Below, piece after piece: positions 1 through 12,414 of a DNA stretch of 64,000 nucleotides (the first letter of the stretch is position 1; every line of letters begins with the position of its first letter). The notes under the pieces are model-generated. The model was not told the DNA's origin, did not search any database, and worked only from the letters and a program-made list of their open reading frames with translations. The stretch comes from Phoronis australis. Lineage: Eukaryota; Animalia; Phoronida. The stretch is taken from the NCBI GenBank assembly GCA_002633005.1, contig NMRA01001037.1:1-64000 (forward strand). The letters run 5' to 3'. The translations under genes were made by a program, and so were the position numbers.

Positions 1-62
1 TCCAAGAAGAACCCAGTTACGAGGGCGCCACCTGCTCGACATGGATGTAACAAAGATATGGC
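1..62 (-). CDS. MFS paralog A exon 3 (truncated by window edge)
   Basis: Acceptor AG at 64-63; AISLLHPCRAGGALVTGFFLD matches 16694-16904 and 29255-29465. Confidence 0.8.
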
Positions 63-3000
63 CTGAAAAACACAAATACTTTCTTTACGCGAGTTGTCAT
101 AGTTATTTCCACAAACTTGAGTTTTCTCGCACGAAGTGCAAACGCAGCCGTCTGGACAGGGCTTTTTATACCTTAATTGGGTGATTAAGTGCTATTCTGT
201 GGGTGGTGACCAACCACAGTAGAGATACATGTAGGAGTATGATATGATACGTGCACTAAACGGAACAATCTTTCTGTTTATAAGCAGAATGAAAGATTTT
301 TAAAACTTAATGTGATGTTTTTATGCTTTTAGTTTTAGTCTCGCATATACGATACTTAGACGAGGGTTGTAAGAAAGCGTTGTTTTAACGCAAGCCGCCA
401 TATTGGAATAGATTCAGTTGTGATCATGAGCTGAGTTTTTATGCCTCGTACTACATAAAATATAACACTGGCGACGAGGATGGCGATGAAAATTCAGTAC
501 GACGCGCATAGCGGAAAATACAGAATTATCTGGAAAGGTTAAAACAATTTCTTCTGGCGTACACCGGGCACGAACGGAAATGCTGTGAAGCGCAAAGCTG
601 TATTATTAAGTAGTATCAGGGTGGACGTTTATCCGGTTTTAAAAGACCTTGCTTTTCCCGAATCTCCAGCGGAAAAATCATACAATGATTAGACCAAAAA
701 AATTGATAGCAGAACGATGTAGATTTCACATATTGACTCACAGGGAAGGATAATCGGTCACAGATTTTGTCAGAGTACTAAGGAAAAGTGCACGGACATG
801 TGAATTCGGGGATTCGTTACAGGACAATTTGAGAGATCGACTCATTTGTAGTCTACGATCAGAGTCGTGTAAAAAGAAGTTGTTGGCTAAGAACTTCACG
901 CTCGATGAAGAGGTAAAAGTGGCAATTGCTCACGAAACAGCAACACACGACTTGAAAGACATTCACACGACAACGATGCCACAACAGACAGAAAGAGACT
1001 CGGTCAATAAACTTACACGCAAAAACTTTCATCGGAATAAGCCACCACAGTCTACGCAGAAACAGGGGCAGATGAAAAAGTGCCTGCGTTGTGCAATCAA
1101 AAATCATGCACCGTCAGACTGCCATTACCGGAACACTAAGTGCTTTATTTGTCAAAAGGTGGGCCATTTGAAATCAATATAAGGAAGCTAAGGCTCATTA
1201 CACAAGGGAAGATTTTGAAGACGAAAGTGAGCCCTCATTCCGTATTGATAGTTCTCCAGGTCCCCCTTGTAACGGTGTCAATCAAAGCAGAAGGGGTAGA
1301 CATTCATTTTGAATTGGAATCGGGCGAAAGCTCATCATTTATTAGCTTTGCAGAATACCAAAAACATTTCAAGTACATTGTTTTGAAACCGAAACAAACA
1401 AGTGTGCAAAGTTGAATGTGGCTGGTGAAATTTACGTTGATGTATAGCATAACGGTCAAACATTGTCATTACCCTTAACGGTTGTGCACGCAAAACAACA
1501 TGCTCCCCCCCCCCATCTATTGTTAGGACGATCACGGTTGAAACACTTGGAACTAGAGTGGCCTAGTCTGGTTACTACACACGCAATTATGGAAGATTCC
1601 TTGGACGAATTCAAAGTCAAATACCCTGACGTCTTCAAAAAAGAACTGGATACGGTGAAAAGTGTACGAGCTTCATTGCTGTTACATGAAGACACACGTA
1701 CCACCCCTGTATTTTTGAGAGGACGTACGGTTCCTTTCGCTCTACGCCAACGCGGTGGAAAACAAGTTAGTTCGCATGGAAAACGAAGGTATTATCCGTA
1801 AGACAAACTATAGTGAATGGGCAACACTTCTCGTTTGTGTTCCCAAGCCGGACGGTACAGTACGTTTGTGCGGAGATTATAAGGTTACCGTGAACAAAGC
1901 GATTAAGATTGACCAATTCCCGATACCGACTCCTGAAGAAGTTCTCACCAAATTGGCTGGAGGACAACAGTACTCGAAAATTGACTTGATGTGCGCGTAT
2001 CAGCAACTGTTGCTTGACGATCAAGCGAAAAGCTTAGTGACAATGAACACTCACAAGGGTCTGTTTGCGTACAATATACTCCCTTTTGGTATCGCGTCGC
2101 ACCCTGCCATTTGGCAGCGTTTTATGGACCAGCTTCTAGCCGGTTTAACTGGAACTTGCGGTATCATGGACGATATATTAGTAATTGGTAAAGATGACAA
2201 AGAACATTTGCATTTGCGTAACTTGCACAACTTATTCGCTCGGTTCACGCGTCAAAGCCGACAAGTGTAGCCTCATGCAACCAAGTGAGGTATACATGGG
2301 CCGAAAAATTACCAGCAAGGGGCTCCAAACCACACACGACAAGGTGGAAGTGATTTGTAAAGCTCCGTCCCCGCGAAACGTAACCGAACTTCGGTCATGG
2401 CTTGGAATAGTTAATTTCCAAGTGCAGTTCATTCCGAACTTATCATCAATGATTCATCCCCTCAACGCGCTTTTTGGGGAAGGTTCCATTTAAATGGACA
2501 AACTCGTGCGAAGATGCATTTGATAAGTTCAAGGTCACATTAACGTCAAAAACCATCTTAGTACACTGCAATCCATCATTGCCTCTAGAGTTGGTCGTGG
2601 ATGCATCTCCGTACGGACTCGGTGCGGCTCTCGTACACGTCTAAGACAATGATGTGAGTAAACCTGTTGCTTACGCCTCACGCACGTTGGGTAAGTACGA
2701 ACAAGGTTATGCCCAGTTGGATAAGGAAGCTTTGTCCATCATGTTTGAGTTGAAGCGCTTCCATACGTACCTCTACGGACGAAAGTTCACCATCTGTATT
2801 GATCGGAAACCCCTGGAACGAATCCTTAGTCCGAAAACGTCAATACCGACGCTCGCAGCACACCGTTTGCAACGATGGGCAGTAACATTGTTCGAATTCA
2901 GCTATGTCATACGTTACATTCCAGCGAAGCAGAATGCTATCGCGGACGCTTTGTCTTGTTAGCCTCTGCCGTCGGTGAGGGGAGATGAAGAAGAGATCAA

Positions 3001-6000
3001 CTCCGTTGAATCAAAGGTTATTGAAAGCCTTTCAGTTACATGTAAGAAGATCAGTGAGGCTACGCGTACTGATCCACTGCTATCTCGAGTTCTACAATTT
3101 ATGAAATTTGGGTGGCGTAGCGGTTTGGCAGACAAGGATTTTGAGCCGTTCCTGTCACGTCGTCAAGAGCTTACGGTAGAGAATGACTGCATCTTATGGG
3201 AAATGCGCGTCATCATTCCACCTAAGTACCAGCAAGCCGTACTCGAGGAACTGCACGATTCTCATGTGGGTATTGTTCGCATGAAGGAGATAGCGAGGAG
3301 TTTTGTGTGGTGGATAAACATAGATAAGAATATCATTAATCTTGTGAAACTTGTCATTTGTGCCAGCAGGTTAGGAATTTGTCTGCTGTTGCCCCTCTGA
3401 TGCCTTGGGTGTGGCCAAGTAGGCCCTGGCACAGAGTGCATGCAGATTTCGCTGAGAAAGATGGAAATCATTTCCTAGTAGTGATCACTAATGCTCACTC
3501 AAAGTGGCCGGAAATCATACATTTGAAAAGCACTACCGCAGGTTCTACTATTTGTGAATTGCGTGAGTTGTTTAGCAAGTATGGGCTTCCAGTCCAATTA
3601 GTCAGCGATAACGGGCCACAGTTTATAAGTAATGAGTTTCAACACTTTTTGAAACTCAACGCAGTGAAACAAGTGTTAGTGGCACCATGCCATGCGGCTA
3701 GCAATGGTGCAGCAGAAAGAATGGTGCAATCTTTCAAAAATTCACTGAAGGCGAGTAAGTTTAGTGGAAGGTCGGTTGATCAACGTATTGCGAGTTTCCT
3801 CTTGTCATACCGATCTACAAAACATGCCACCACGGGTCTTTCACCAGCACAGTTGTTCCTCGGACGCGGACTCAGAACGCGTTTATCTGCAATTCGACCA
3901 GATATCGAAACCAAAGTTTCGCATAGTCAGCTGTCGCAAAAGTTGAATCACGACTCCAAGATGGGACTTCGTGAATTCATGATAGGTGAGGAAGTGTTGG
4001 TGAAAGATTTCCATGTGAAGGAGAAATGACGGCCTGGTACTGTTATCGCGGAAAGACCAGGTCCTAAGTCGTACGTGGTGTTATTGAGTGACGCAAGAGA
4101 GTGGAAAAGGCACATGGATCAGATGAGGTTGTCTCGTCACGGCGTGAAACCAAAGATTGTGGCTAAGCCGGCATCAGAGTCGGATACAAAATCTGCTATA
4201 TTGCCACAACCGGATAGTGATCTAGTGCCGGAAGTTACCCCGGAATCGCAGGATCCATCGTCTACGGACACGATGTCTGAACCGTCATCTGGTGTTCCGC
4301 ATGCACCAGATAAGAGTGAACCAAGTGACACTTTGATCATCCCAGAACCGATGCCGCCTCCGACCGATAAGTAGAATATTTCTTAGCAACCCGATAAGAT
4401 GACTCAATCGCTTAGAAGATCGACTCGGACACACCGGAGTCCAAAACGTTTGGATTCGGGATTGTAGTTAAGACATTTACCACTAGTAATAGTAACTATC
4501 ACTTATTCACCTAAGAACTCTTAGCAAAGACTCTTGCTTAATATACCAAACTTTGTTTTACACCCGGGTTATTTGACGATGTAGTTTCTTTTAAGCTATC
4601 GTTGAAGTAGTTTCTTATTTTAGCTGGCACTCCATTTCTTCAACTAGGAGGGAGGAGTGTGATGTTTTTATGCCTTTAGTTTTGGTCTCGCATATACGAT
4701 ACTTAGACGAGAGTTGTAAGAAAGCGTTGTTGTAACGCAAGCCGCCATATTGGAATAGATTTAGATTTTATCATAAGCTGAGTTTTTATATGCCTCGTAC
4801 TACATAAAATATAACACTTACAAAGTGATGGGGTACCTAAGTCTGACTAACTGGTGTACAGCGTGGTCTGAGATACAGCAACATATAGAAAATGCACCAG
4901 TACATGTTTGTCCTACGCGGGATATTATTGTAGCCTTACCTGTGACATGCCTTCGTAGTTCGTATTCACTCTCTCAATCAGATCAAGCATCGAAGTACCC
5001 AAAATCTTTGAGGTCATACCCTGAAGAAAAACATTTTCATCGTGGCATATTGTAACTCACAGCACTGAAATACAGTAATAGGGTGGAATCAGTTTCGACA
5101 ATGAAGGCGTGATTTGCGGTTTATGGTTAAAGAGATTGGCTAAAATGTGTCATGTGAGATATTTTCAACACAACAAATTACGATACTAATGTAAAACATT
5201 TTCAGTCCTGCTGTGTCACACAGCGTAGTGAACAAAGATTAGAAAGTGTAAAACACTTCACAATGAATAAAATGCATTAAAGGACGTGAAAAAATGGATA
5301 TTGTATAACAATTTCAAGCTCCCTACGGATTTCATCAAAAACAATATTTTTACCCATGTAAAATCTATCGAGGCTTTTCATAACATACTTCAGTAAAACT
5401 AAACCAGCCTTAATTACCCAATGTCACGCGCGGATTGAAGTTGGTAAGGACACACTTTCTGACAGAAGGGCTTATTCAAAAAAGGGAAGGCCAGGCGAGA
5501 AATGGTAAAGACGGGGTTGTTAAAGTACGTTATTGTTTCATTTATTATCACGCTATTACAAAAATCACTGCGGATCGATGTATTGAATGAGGGCCGAACC
5601 ATAATTTTATGTGAAAGTCCTGGATTTTCGTGCGGCAGTGCGGCAGTACGTCTTCAGTAAATTACTGTGGCAGCACAGTGGGTGGAATATTTTGGCTGTT
5701 TCATGCGATGCTAGAATAACATTCAATTACGCGATCTGAAACCGGAAGAGAAACGAAGGCCCGTCTTTCTCATACATTTTAAAGAAACGTATTTAGCGTG
5801 AAACTTAATGTCCTGTGCTTTCGTGCAAGGCCCTTAGCACAGTGTCCGTAAAGTGCAAGCGACGCGATAATCTCGTCCAGTAACGGGATCTGATACTGCA
5901 CAATGAAAAGAAAGCCCATAATCCCCACTGGAAAGGACACCGCTCTTCCCATTTCCTTTATTCTTCCCATTTTAAGCCCATCTGAAGGTCATAGTTCCCA

Positions 6001-6925
6001 TCGGTAGTATGAGCTCCACATTGGATAATACAGCGTGTAAATGTATCAGAAGTCAACAAATGCTGGACGTGCAAAGCAGTGTCCCGTGGCTTTTATTCAC
6101 AATCATTATGCTATTTGTGAAAACGACAGAATACACAACGCACTAAATGTGTTTTCAAAATATTTAATGGAATCTAATTCCAACACAGGTGATCAAGAAA
6201 TGTATAAGCCCTTTCTAAGCGTACGATTGTCGCATTCGACACATGGCCGGCATTGACAGATATTCGGATGTTTAGTCATGACCTATCTGCTACAAATATG
6301 ACGCGATTTGAACCAACAAACAGGAATGGGAATGCATACTCACATCACATTTTCAACATTTTTGGATGTCTTGGATTTTTTTTTTGCTTTTCACGTAACA
6401 ATGGGGGCAATTTAGCAATTGAAATTTTTACAAAAATACATATTCCAATTAATCGGTGTGCCAAGACAACGGTTGCACCTATTGTATATACTCAGAGAGT
6501 TGAAAAGTATGACGATTGACCAGGTCCATAGCTAGGAAAATCTGGCGTGATTGTTATTAAGTTTTAATTTTGGCATCTTAATATTATTTCATGGGACCAA
6601 AACGTCAAAATAACGTCTTGCTAAACAGGCGATTGTCGCCCGGACGACAGCATGCGACGGTGTTCACAGCATTTATTGGGCGACAATATATATGTCATAG
6701 CAGCCCTGACTTACCTACAACATCTCGCAAAAATTAAAAACTTACAACGCAGGCGTATACGACAAAGAGAACAGCGGTCTTGGAGTAACGATATCTGTTG
6801 GAAAGGTGGTAATCCCTGGTTTCTTTGACTTCGTCCTTTTGTGACGTTAAGTCTTTGGTAATGTTTCCATTGACATCTGCATTTGAATTTGCCATTGTGT
6901 CAGTCGGTCTGAAACTGTCAGCCAT
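1..6925 (-). CDS. MFS transporter paralog A (MFSD4/NaGLT1-like), 5' part; exons 6925-6746, 5020-4940, 62-<1; last exon lies outside the window
   Basis: Exon 1 encodes MADSF...KTAVLFVVYACV followed by GTAAGT. Exon 2 encodes GMTSKILGTSMLDLIERVNTNYEGMSQ with AG/GT flanks. Exon 3 starts AISLLHPCRAGGALVTGFFLD after TTTTTCAG. All three align with the exons of paralogs B and C. Confidence 0.85.
311..467 (+). repeat. 5' LTR
   Basis: 157 bp TGTGATG...TATAACA; by hand alignment about 9 substitutions plus one 2-bp indel versus the 3' LTR. Confidence 0.93.
469..483 (+). promoter_or_regulatory. Primer binding site (tRNA-Ser GCT)
   Basis: TGGCGACGAGGATGG, 1 nt after the LTR, is complementary to the CCATCCTCGTCGCCA 3' end of metazoan tRNA-Ser(GCT). 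Confidence 0.85.
480..4374 (+). pseudogene. gag-pol pseudogene of Gypsy element 1
   Basis: ORF fragments 829-1182 (gag zinc knuckles), 1140-1415 (protease), 1755-2493 (RT), 2654-2962 (RNase H), 2975-4029 (integrase), separated by frameshifts and stops. Confidence 0.92.
4646..4657 (+). promoter_or_regulatory. Polypurine tract
   Basis: AGGAGGGAGGAG directly before the 3' LTR. Confidence 0.85.
4658..4816 (+). repeat. 3' LTR
   Basis: 159-bp direct repeat of 311-467. Confidence 0.93.
4940..5020 (-). CDS. MFS paralog A exon 2
   Basis: 81 bp, phase 0-0, TTCAG acceptor and GTAAGG donor. Confidence 0.85.
6746..6925 (-). CDS. MFS paralog A exon 1
   Basis: ATG at 6925, 60 codons, GTAAGT donor; paralogous to 22334-22483 and 33906-34085. 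Confidence 0.82.
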
Positions 6926-7280
6926 GACGTTTCTAGGGCCCAAGACTGAGGTGGAGGGTTCAACGTGAACGCAAAGATTTTATAGCTAATCGAGAGGTCA
7001 AGTGACAACTCTAGGCCTCTTTTAACGCATGAACCCAAACTATTATATCAATTGTAAGTGTGATATTTGCACACTCTGTCGGTAACAAAGATTACAGATA
7101 AACTTCTCAAGGGACAATGACCTCCTTTAATTAACTTATTCAGTTCTTGAAACTCATCGGTTTATATCGTTGTTATATGAAAGATCTGAAGATATTTAGT
7201 CGCTGCAACCGGGTTAAAATAATTAATTGGATCAGTTTAGACGAATTTTTGTATGGGCATCTGTCATCAGCTGCCATGTC

Positions 7281-7441
7281 CAGAGGCGGATTTAAAGGGG
7301 GGCAAAGGGGGCCATGGCCCCTAAAATTCTCCCAGACTCCATTAGGCAATTCTGGGGTGCGAATGTCTGATGGGCAAAATCCTGGCTAATACTCTGCCCT
7401 GCCCTGCCCCCCCCCAACTCAAAATCGTGGAACCGCCCCTG
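7281..7441 (+). mobile_element. MITE family 1 (CAGNGGCGGAT TIR, 5-bp TSD; hAT5-like)
   Basis: Ends CAGAGGCGGATT...GAACCGCCCCTG with ATGTC on both sides; the paralogous site near 22861 is empty. Confidence 0.8.
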
Positions 7442-8989
7442 ATGTCTCCTAAACCACTTTGCAGGTCTTCATTAGAGTTGGTAAATGTGTTTCTATGAAG
7501 CTGACGCCAAACGGCGACTTGATTAGGAACGATGCGACCACCACCGCGCCTCCTAGAGGCAATTTATGTTGTTTTCATTTGCTTTTGTATCCTTGTGATT
7601 ACTTGACGAAGATTTTTTTCATGAAGTTTGGAAAATTTGGAAAATACGTTTTATCAAAGAGTGGAGGACGCTTTCAGATTTTTGTCCGGATTCGGGGTGT
7701 TCCGCGCCACCTGGTATCCATTTTCATTATTTTCGAGTCCTGTCTTCCCTCCCGACTCTCCATCTGACATAGTGTTTGACGGATCGTTAGGGAAATTGGT
7801 AGATGTGTTAGTACTGAGGAGAACACGGCTGGCTTTGCTGATCGAACGAGTCGCTCTTTTATGATGCCCCGCAGTTTCAAACATCCTTGTAGGCATATCG
7901 TTTGCTGTGCAGTACGGTGGACGTATTTCAATGCTTTCCGATGCTCTCAATGTCATGAGTGACCTAAAAATCTTGTAAAGTTTGGTAATATCACGCAAGA
8001 TAACGCTTTAGCAAGACGTAAACATTGTTACACTTCCACAATTGCGGCAGTTAAACTTACTTTAAACAGGCAATGTTTCTCTGCAGCCAGTTCAATCATC
8101 AGCATGATGACGTTATCTCAGCATGTTGAATACTTTAGTTTTAAAAACAACCATTTCCACCGATTGCTCAACTGGGCTTCCCGTCCTTATGCCGGAGACG
8201 AATCTCTTCTCTGTTGGCAGCAACTGGAAGGTTTCATCTCGTGAGACATTTCATCTCACTGATTTCGCTGATCTAATTTTTGGTGGACCAGTCTTCTCCG
8301 CCTGCAAGGAGGAATGCTGGCTAAGTATAGGTTGTCCGTAGCAAAGTTTCACTGCCTCTATGGATGCTGTGAGGCCAATGATACTGTGGTCGTCTACCAG
8401 GATATTCTCCTCCAGCGTCTTACTAGAAGTGCTCCCGACAGCTCCTAATCCTTATCCCTGAAGTCACTTCATTATTCCCTGATGAATTTTCACTCCTCTC
8501 TGGTTCTTCCGAACCTTGCCACAAACGTTACATACATTCGTTGAAGTGTTGTTACCGTTGGTAATCTGTCATTGGGTTCATCTTCAATCCCGCCACTCGG
8601 AGAACCATCTGGTTACGTTTCCTTGTGGTTACTAGCAGCAAAAATAAAGGGTGTCCTCCCATGGAGAACCTTGGTATTGGACTGCTAAGTCTTCCAACCC
8701 GTCGGTCTTTCCTTGACGTCATTCGTCTTTCCGTACGTCACTCGTCTCTCCGAGTCACTGGACTACATCAGATCTTAGACGTTCTTTGAACAGGTGATGT
8801 TTCTCTGCTCCTCCGTCAATCATCAGCAATATGACATCTTCTCAGTAAGTTTCGGCCTTTCACTTGAACACGCTCCAACGTTAGACCTCCGAAGTTGATC
8901 AAGCTCTGGTTTTACGAGGATTCTGTCACTGTTTGGTCTTCTAGAACCACCTCCACTATCCGTTGCAGCAGCTACTGACTTCCTTGCAT

Positions 8990-9540
8990 CAGCAAAACTG
9001 GTGCGGTTTTATGACAACAGAGTGAACATTGTACTCATACAGACTGGTTATGACAAATGCAAAGATTCCTCTTGCTTGGTCAGTAAGTGGTACATGCCAA
9101 TAACCTTTTAACAAATCAATCTTGGTGGTGAAGAATGTGACACCTTCCGTTTTTGGTATGAATACAATCAATTGGAAATGAATCTGTCTTGGCAATAGCA
9201 TTTACTTTACGGTAATCGGTGCAAAATCTTACGCTGGCATCATGTTCAGGCATAAGGACACAAGGTGAGGAACGAATGTCCGGAATTACTAAGCCCTGAT
9301 GTATAAATATTAATTCTCTCATTTGTGATCGCCGCCTAGTGTCTACGTCAGACAACTTGGCATCAGTGTTCTCAAGAACTTCACAGAAGGTCAATTTAAA
9401 AGGGTCCACCTCAGGTTTAAAAGTGGTGTTCACCGTGGTCTTCATTATTCTTCATAATCACAAATTCAATGACATGGTTGCTATTAATCCAAAGGTTTCT
9501 GAAGAACAAGATGAAAAATCAACTGTGATTAAGCAGTAGT
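8990..9540 (-). pseudogene. Gypsy-type reverse transcriptase relic
   Basis: Frameshifted peptides VRFCTDYRKVNAIAKTDSFPI and TKIDLLKGYWHVPLTDQARGIFAFV are typical Ty3/Gypsy RT N-terminal motifs. Confidence 0.8.
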
Positions 9541-11371
9541 CAGTCAGGCGATTGTCTTCCGTCGGTGTAGTGCCCAATTTTCTGTACGGTGTTTAAAGTA
9601 AATAAAATTATACTAACTCAAGATTGGATTTTCACAAGTAAATGATTTCTACACAAAGCACACAAGAATATCTGTATTCAGATTCGTTTTTTTTTTGCTT
9701 AACCAAAATTTAAAGTTTCGTGTAAGCTCAGTGTGAGCCTAATTGCTAGGTGACTTGGTCACGGTGTGGTCAATGTTTACTAGCTAGTCATTGTTAAATT
9801 TACATGTTTTGAACTCCAGGTAGCAAAACTTAGAACTTTACGGAAAGACGTCTGCACACTCTAATTGGTTTTTAATCCTGCTGAAGTGCTACGCTTGTCA
9901 CCAAAGACGACACAGTGTTCTCCAACAATAACGAAACGTCAGTTTTTTTTGCAAGACTCAAAACCACATTTCATTAGGTGAAAGGTGAGACCATTTTTAC
10001 AGCGGTAACTAGTCTAAATCAAAAATTAGTTTATCGACTGAACGCGAGTGAATAGCCGTGTCAGAATAAATTTCGAGTATGTAATTAGTAGAGTAACTTC
10101 CGTTTAAGTTGTCCATAATTTGTACATATGTACTTTTAAAACCAAGAGGTCAAACATGTTCACTTGTATTTTGATATTAATATCTATTCTTAGACGCTGT
10201 TTACCTTTTTGGTTCCGGTGTCATTGCACTGTAACGATTCTAGAAATTTCTGAAATCAGATCGTAACAGCCATTGATATGATTATATAAGATCATTTGGT
10301 TTATATTAACCAATCGTTAAGAAAGTGCATTATTATAATTTGGGCAGAAGTCTGGAAAATAGTCAGATAGAGTTTGGGAGTTGAAGCTATAGGTCGTGCT
10401 TCAGTGTACAGAAGACACTGTACAACAGAGTCATCCCGTGGATTGGGGGATAGAAAAGCGGGCGATAAAAACATAAATACGAAATGGCCAACAAGTGAAG
10501 CGAAATTCGTCGTGTCTGTCCGAAAATTTTAAGGAGATGTCGTCTCTTTAATAGTAAATTCTTTGCCATTTTTAATGAAAATCCATCAGAAAACTCCAAA
10601 GGTACATTGGCAAAAGTAAAACTGCCTCTAATGACAGAGCGATACTTTGATCGGCGTAGAATTCGTCGTCGTCTGTCGACAGCTTCATAGGGACACATCT
10701 GCAGGCCACTTACGAGATACAGCAGCGGGCGCAGGACTTCCGGACTGACATGACGACAATATGCACCCACGTGTAAATAAGTGGACACATAAAAAGGCCG
10801 TCTTTATTAAAACATGTAATTACCCGCCGCCCTTTCCTCACTCCTCAGACATAGTTAGGTATGAAAATGTTCATTGTTTTTCATTTGAAAGTTGAAATGG
10901 CATCCTTTATTTCATTGTTGAAAACAACATCGTCAAATGCAATTTACAACTACAAGTGTATAAAGAAACGATTAGTTTGTCACAAGAGGGAATAAAAGGT
11001 GACAAATTTTGCATGATACAATATGTGAACGCTTTATTAGGAACGCTGGTTTGATATATTGAAAAAGTGTTCCAACAAAACATGAGCCATAAATTTCCAG
11101 ACGGCGTTCATATCATAATTAACGAATACATTTTTCAGTATATTTCACCATACATCACTGACGCTGGAAAAGTTTTATATATCTGTATCTTTTCCATTTG
11201 CACTTTAATCGTTTTATGATTTAGCACAGAATACCAAGTATGAGCATCTTATTTTTTCTATAACCTGTAATACAAGAATAGCATCCGGTGCTTCGCCATC
11301 AACTGAAAAAATAAGTCTGTTTGCAGGAGACCCACAACAGCAATTATTTGGCAAATCGTATTTGAAGCCAT

Positions 11372-12414
11372 CTAAGTCTCGTCACAAATCACAACTTCGT
11401 TCACAACATCATCCGTTTCCACTGCACGTGCTCGTCTTTTCGCGCGTTCTTTCCTGTCTCCTCTCCAGCAGCCGGCTGAGTACATAAGCAGTGTGAAAAA
11501 TGTTGCGAAGGCAACGCTAACAAAAGCGAAATAGAGAATATACTGCGGACCGTGATACTGAAGCAGAATACCAGAAATCAACTGACCAGAAAGCCCACCC
11601 ACTGCTAAGCTGATGTCAAAGAGCGCACAGAGAATTCCGGAAACAACAATGTAGTTGTTCAAGAAAGACAGACCCGCTGGTATGGTTGGTCCCTGAAAGA
11701 AACCTGAAGAAACAGCGAACACCCAAAGATGTATTCTGCTATTTGTACCCAAGTAGCATAGGCATCCCCAGCAAATCGTCGTGCTCAGCAAAAAAGGTAA
11801 AAACGTGTACTGTATAGAAACGCAAAAACTCAAAACTGATACAAGTGCGCGACTTGCACATTGCGCCAGTGCCTGCATCGAATCCAACAAGGCTGCATCC
11901 TGCTTTGAAGCCGCTAACCCGCTCTCCACGGCATATGTCATTAAATACCCGTTCAGCACTTCCTCCGAACTTCTCGCACAATACGTATATAGTATAATAC
12001 CGACACACATGAAAGTTCCGAAGAAACAATTCCCTTCAGCACATGACCCTGGGTTTAAGAGAGCCCTAATTGAGGTGCTTTGCTTTTTCTTCGCTTTTTT
12101 CACTGTTTTGTCAGTTTTCTTCAAATGCAATAAGGCAAACGCGATGCTAGTAGACGCAAAAATTCCACCAATTATGCCATATGGTATTTCAATTCGCGAA
12201 GGCTTCCAGTTGGCATCTTCAGTCGTTGCATTTCGTTCCGGCAACTCTGTGACTTCATATCCGGTTGCATTATTCTCACCTTGGTTGAGAGATCCTAAGA
12301 AGGGTAACATAAGTAACGAAGCAGCGAACATGCCGATTGTTGAGACACAGTATGCAGCGTTGAGCACAACCGATGCTTTTGTCGTCCACAAACGCAGAAA
12401 TGCGTAATTGCAAG
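11372..12414 (-). CDS. MFS paralog B exon 4 (terminal)
   Basis: ORF 11372-12391 extended to a TTTTAG acceptor at 12416-12415; TAG stop. Confidence 0.9.

Larger units (their letters stand above)
311..4816 (+). mobile_element. Full-length, decayed Ty3/Gypsy (Mag-like) LTR retrotransposon in intron 2 of MFS paralog A
   Basis: TG...CA LTRs at 311-467 and 4658-4816, PBS 469-483, PPT 4646-4657, flanks CTTAA/CTTAC (5-bp TSD, 1 mismatch). Internal order: gag with two CCHC knuckles, protease (LESG), RT (CGDYK, IMDD), RNase H (DASPYGLGA), integrase (HHCC, SDNGPQF, SNGAAERMV), broken by stops and frameshifts. Confidence 0.95.

Noticed and set aside
11739-12407. ORFs 11781-12407(+), 11739-12029(-), and equivalents 27080-27706(+) and 26717-27160(-)
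   Set aside because: Antisense or alternative-frame shadows of the MFS terminal exons; not kept as one frame between paralogs.
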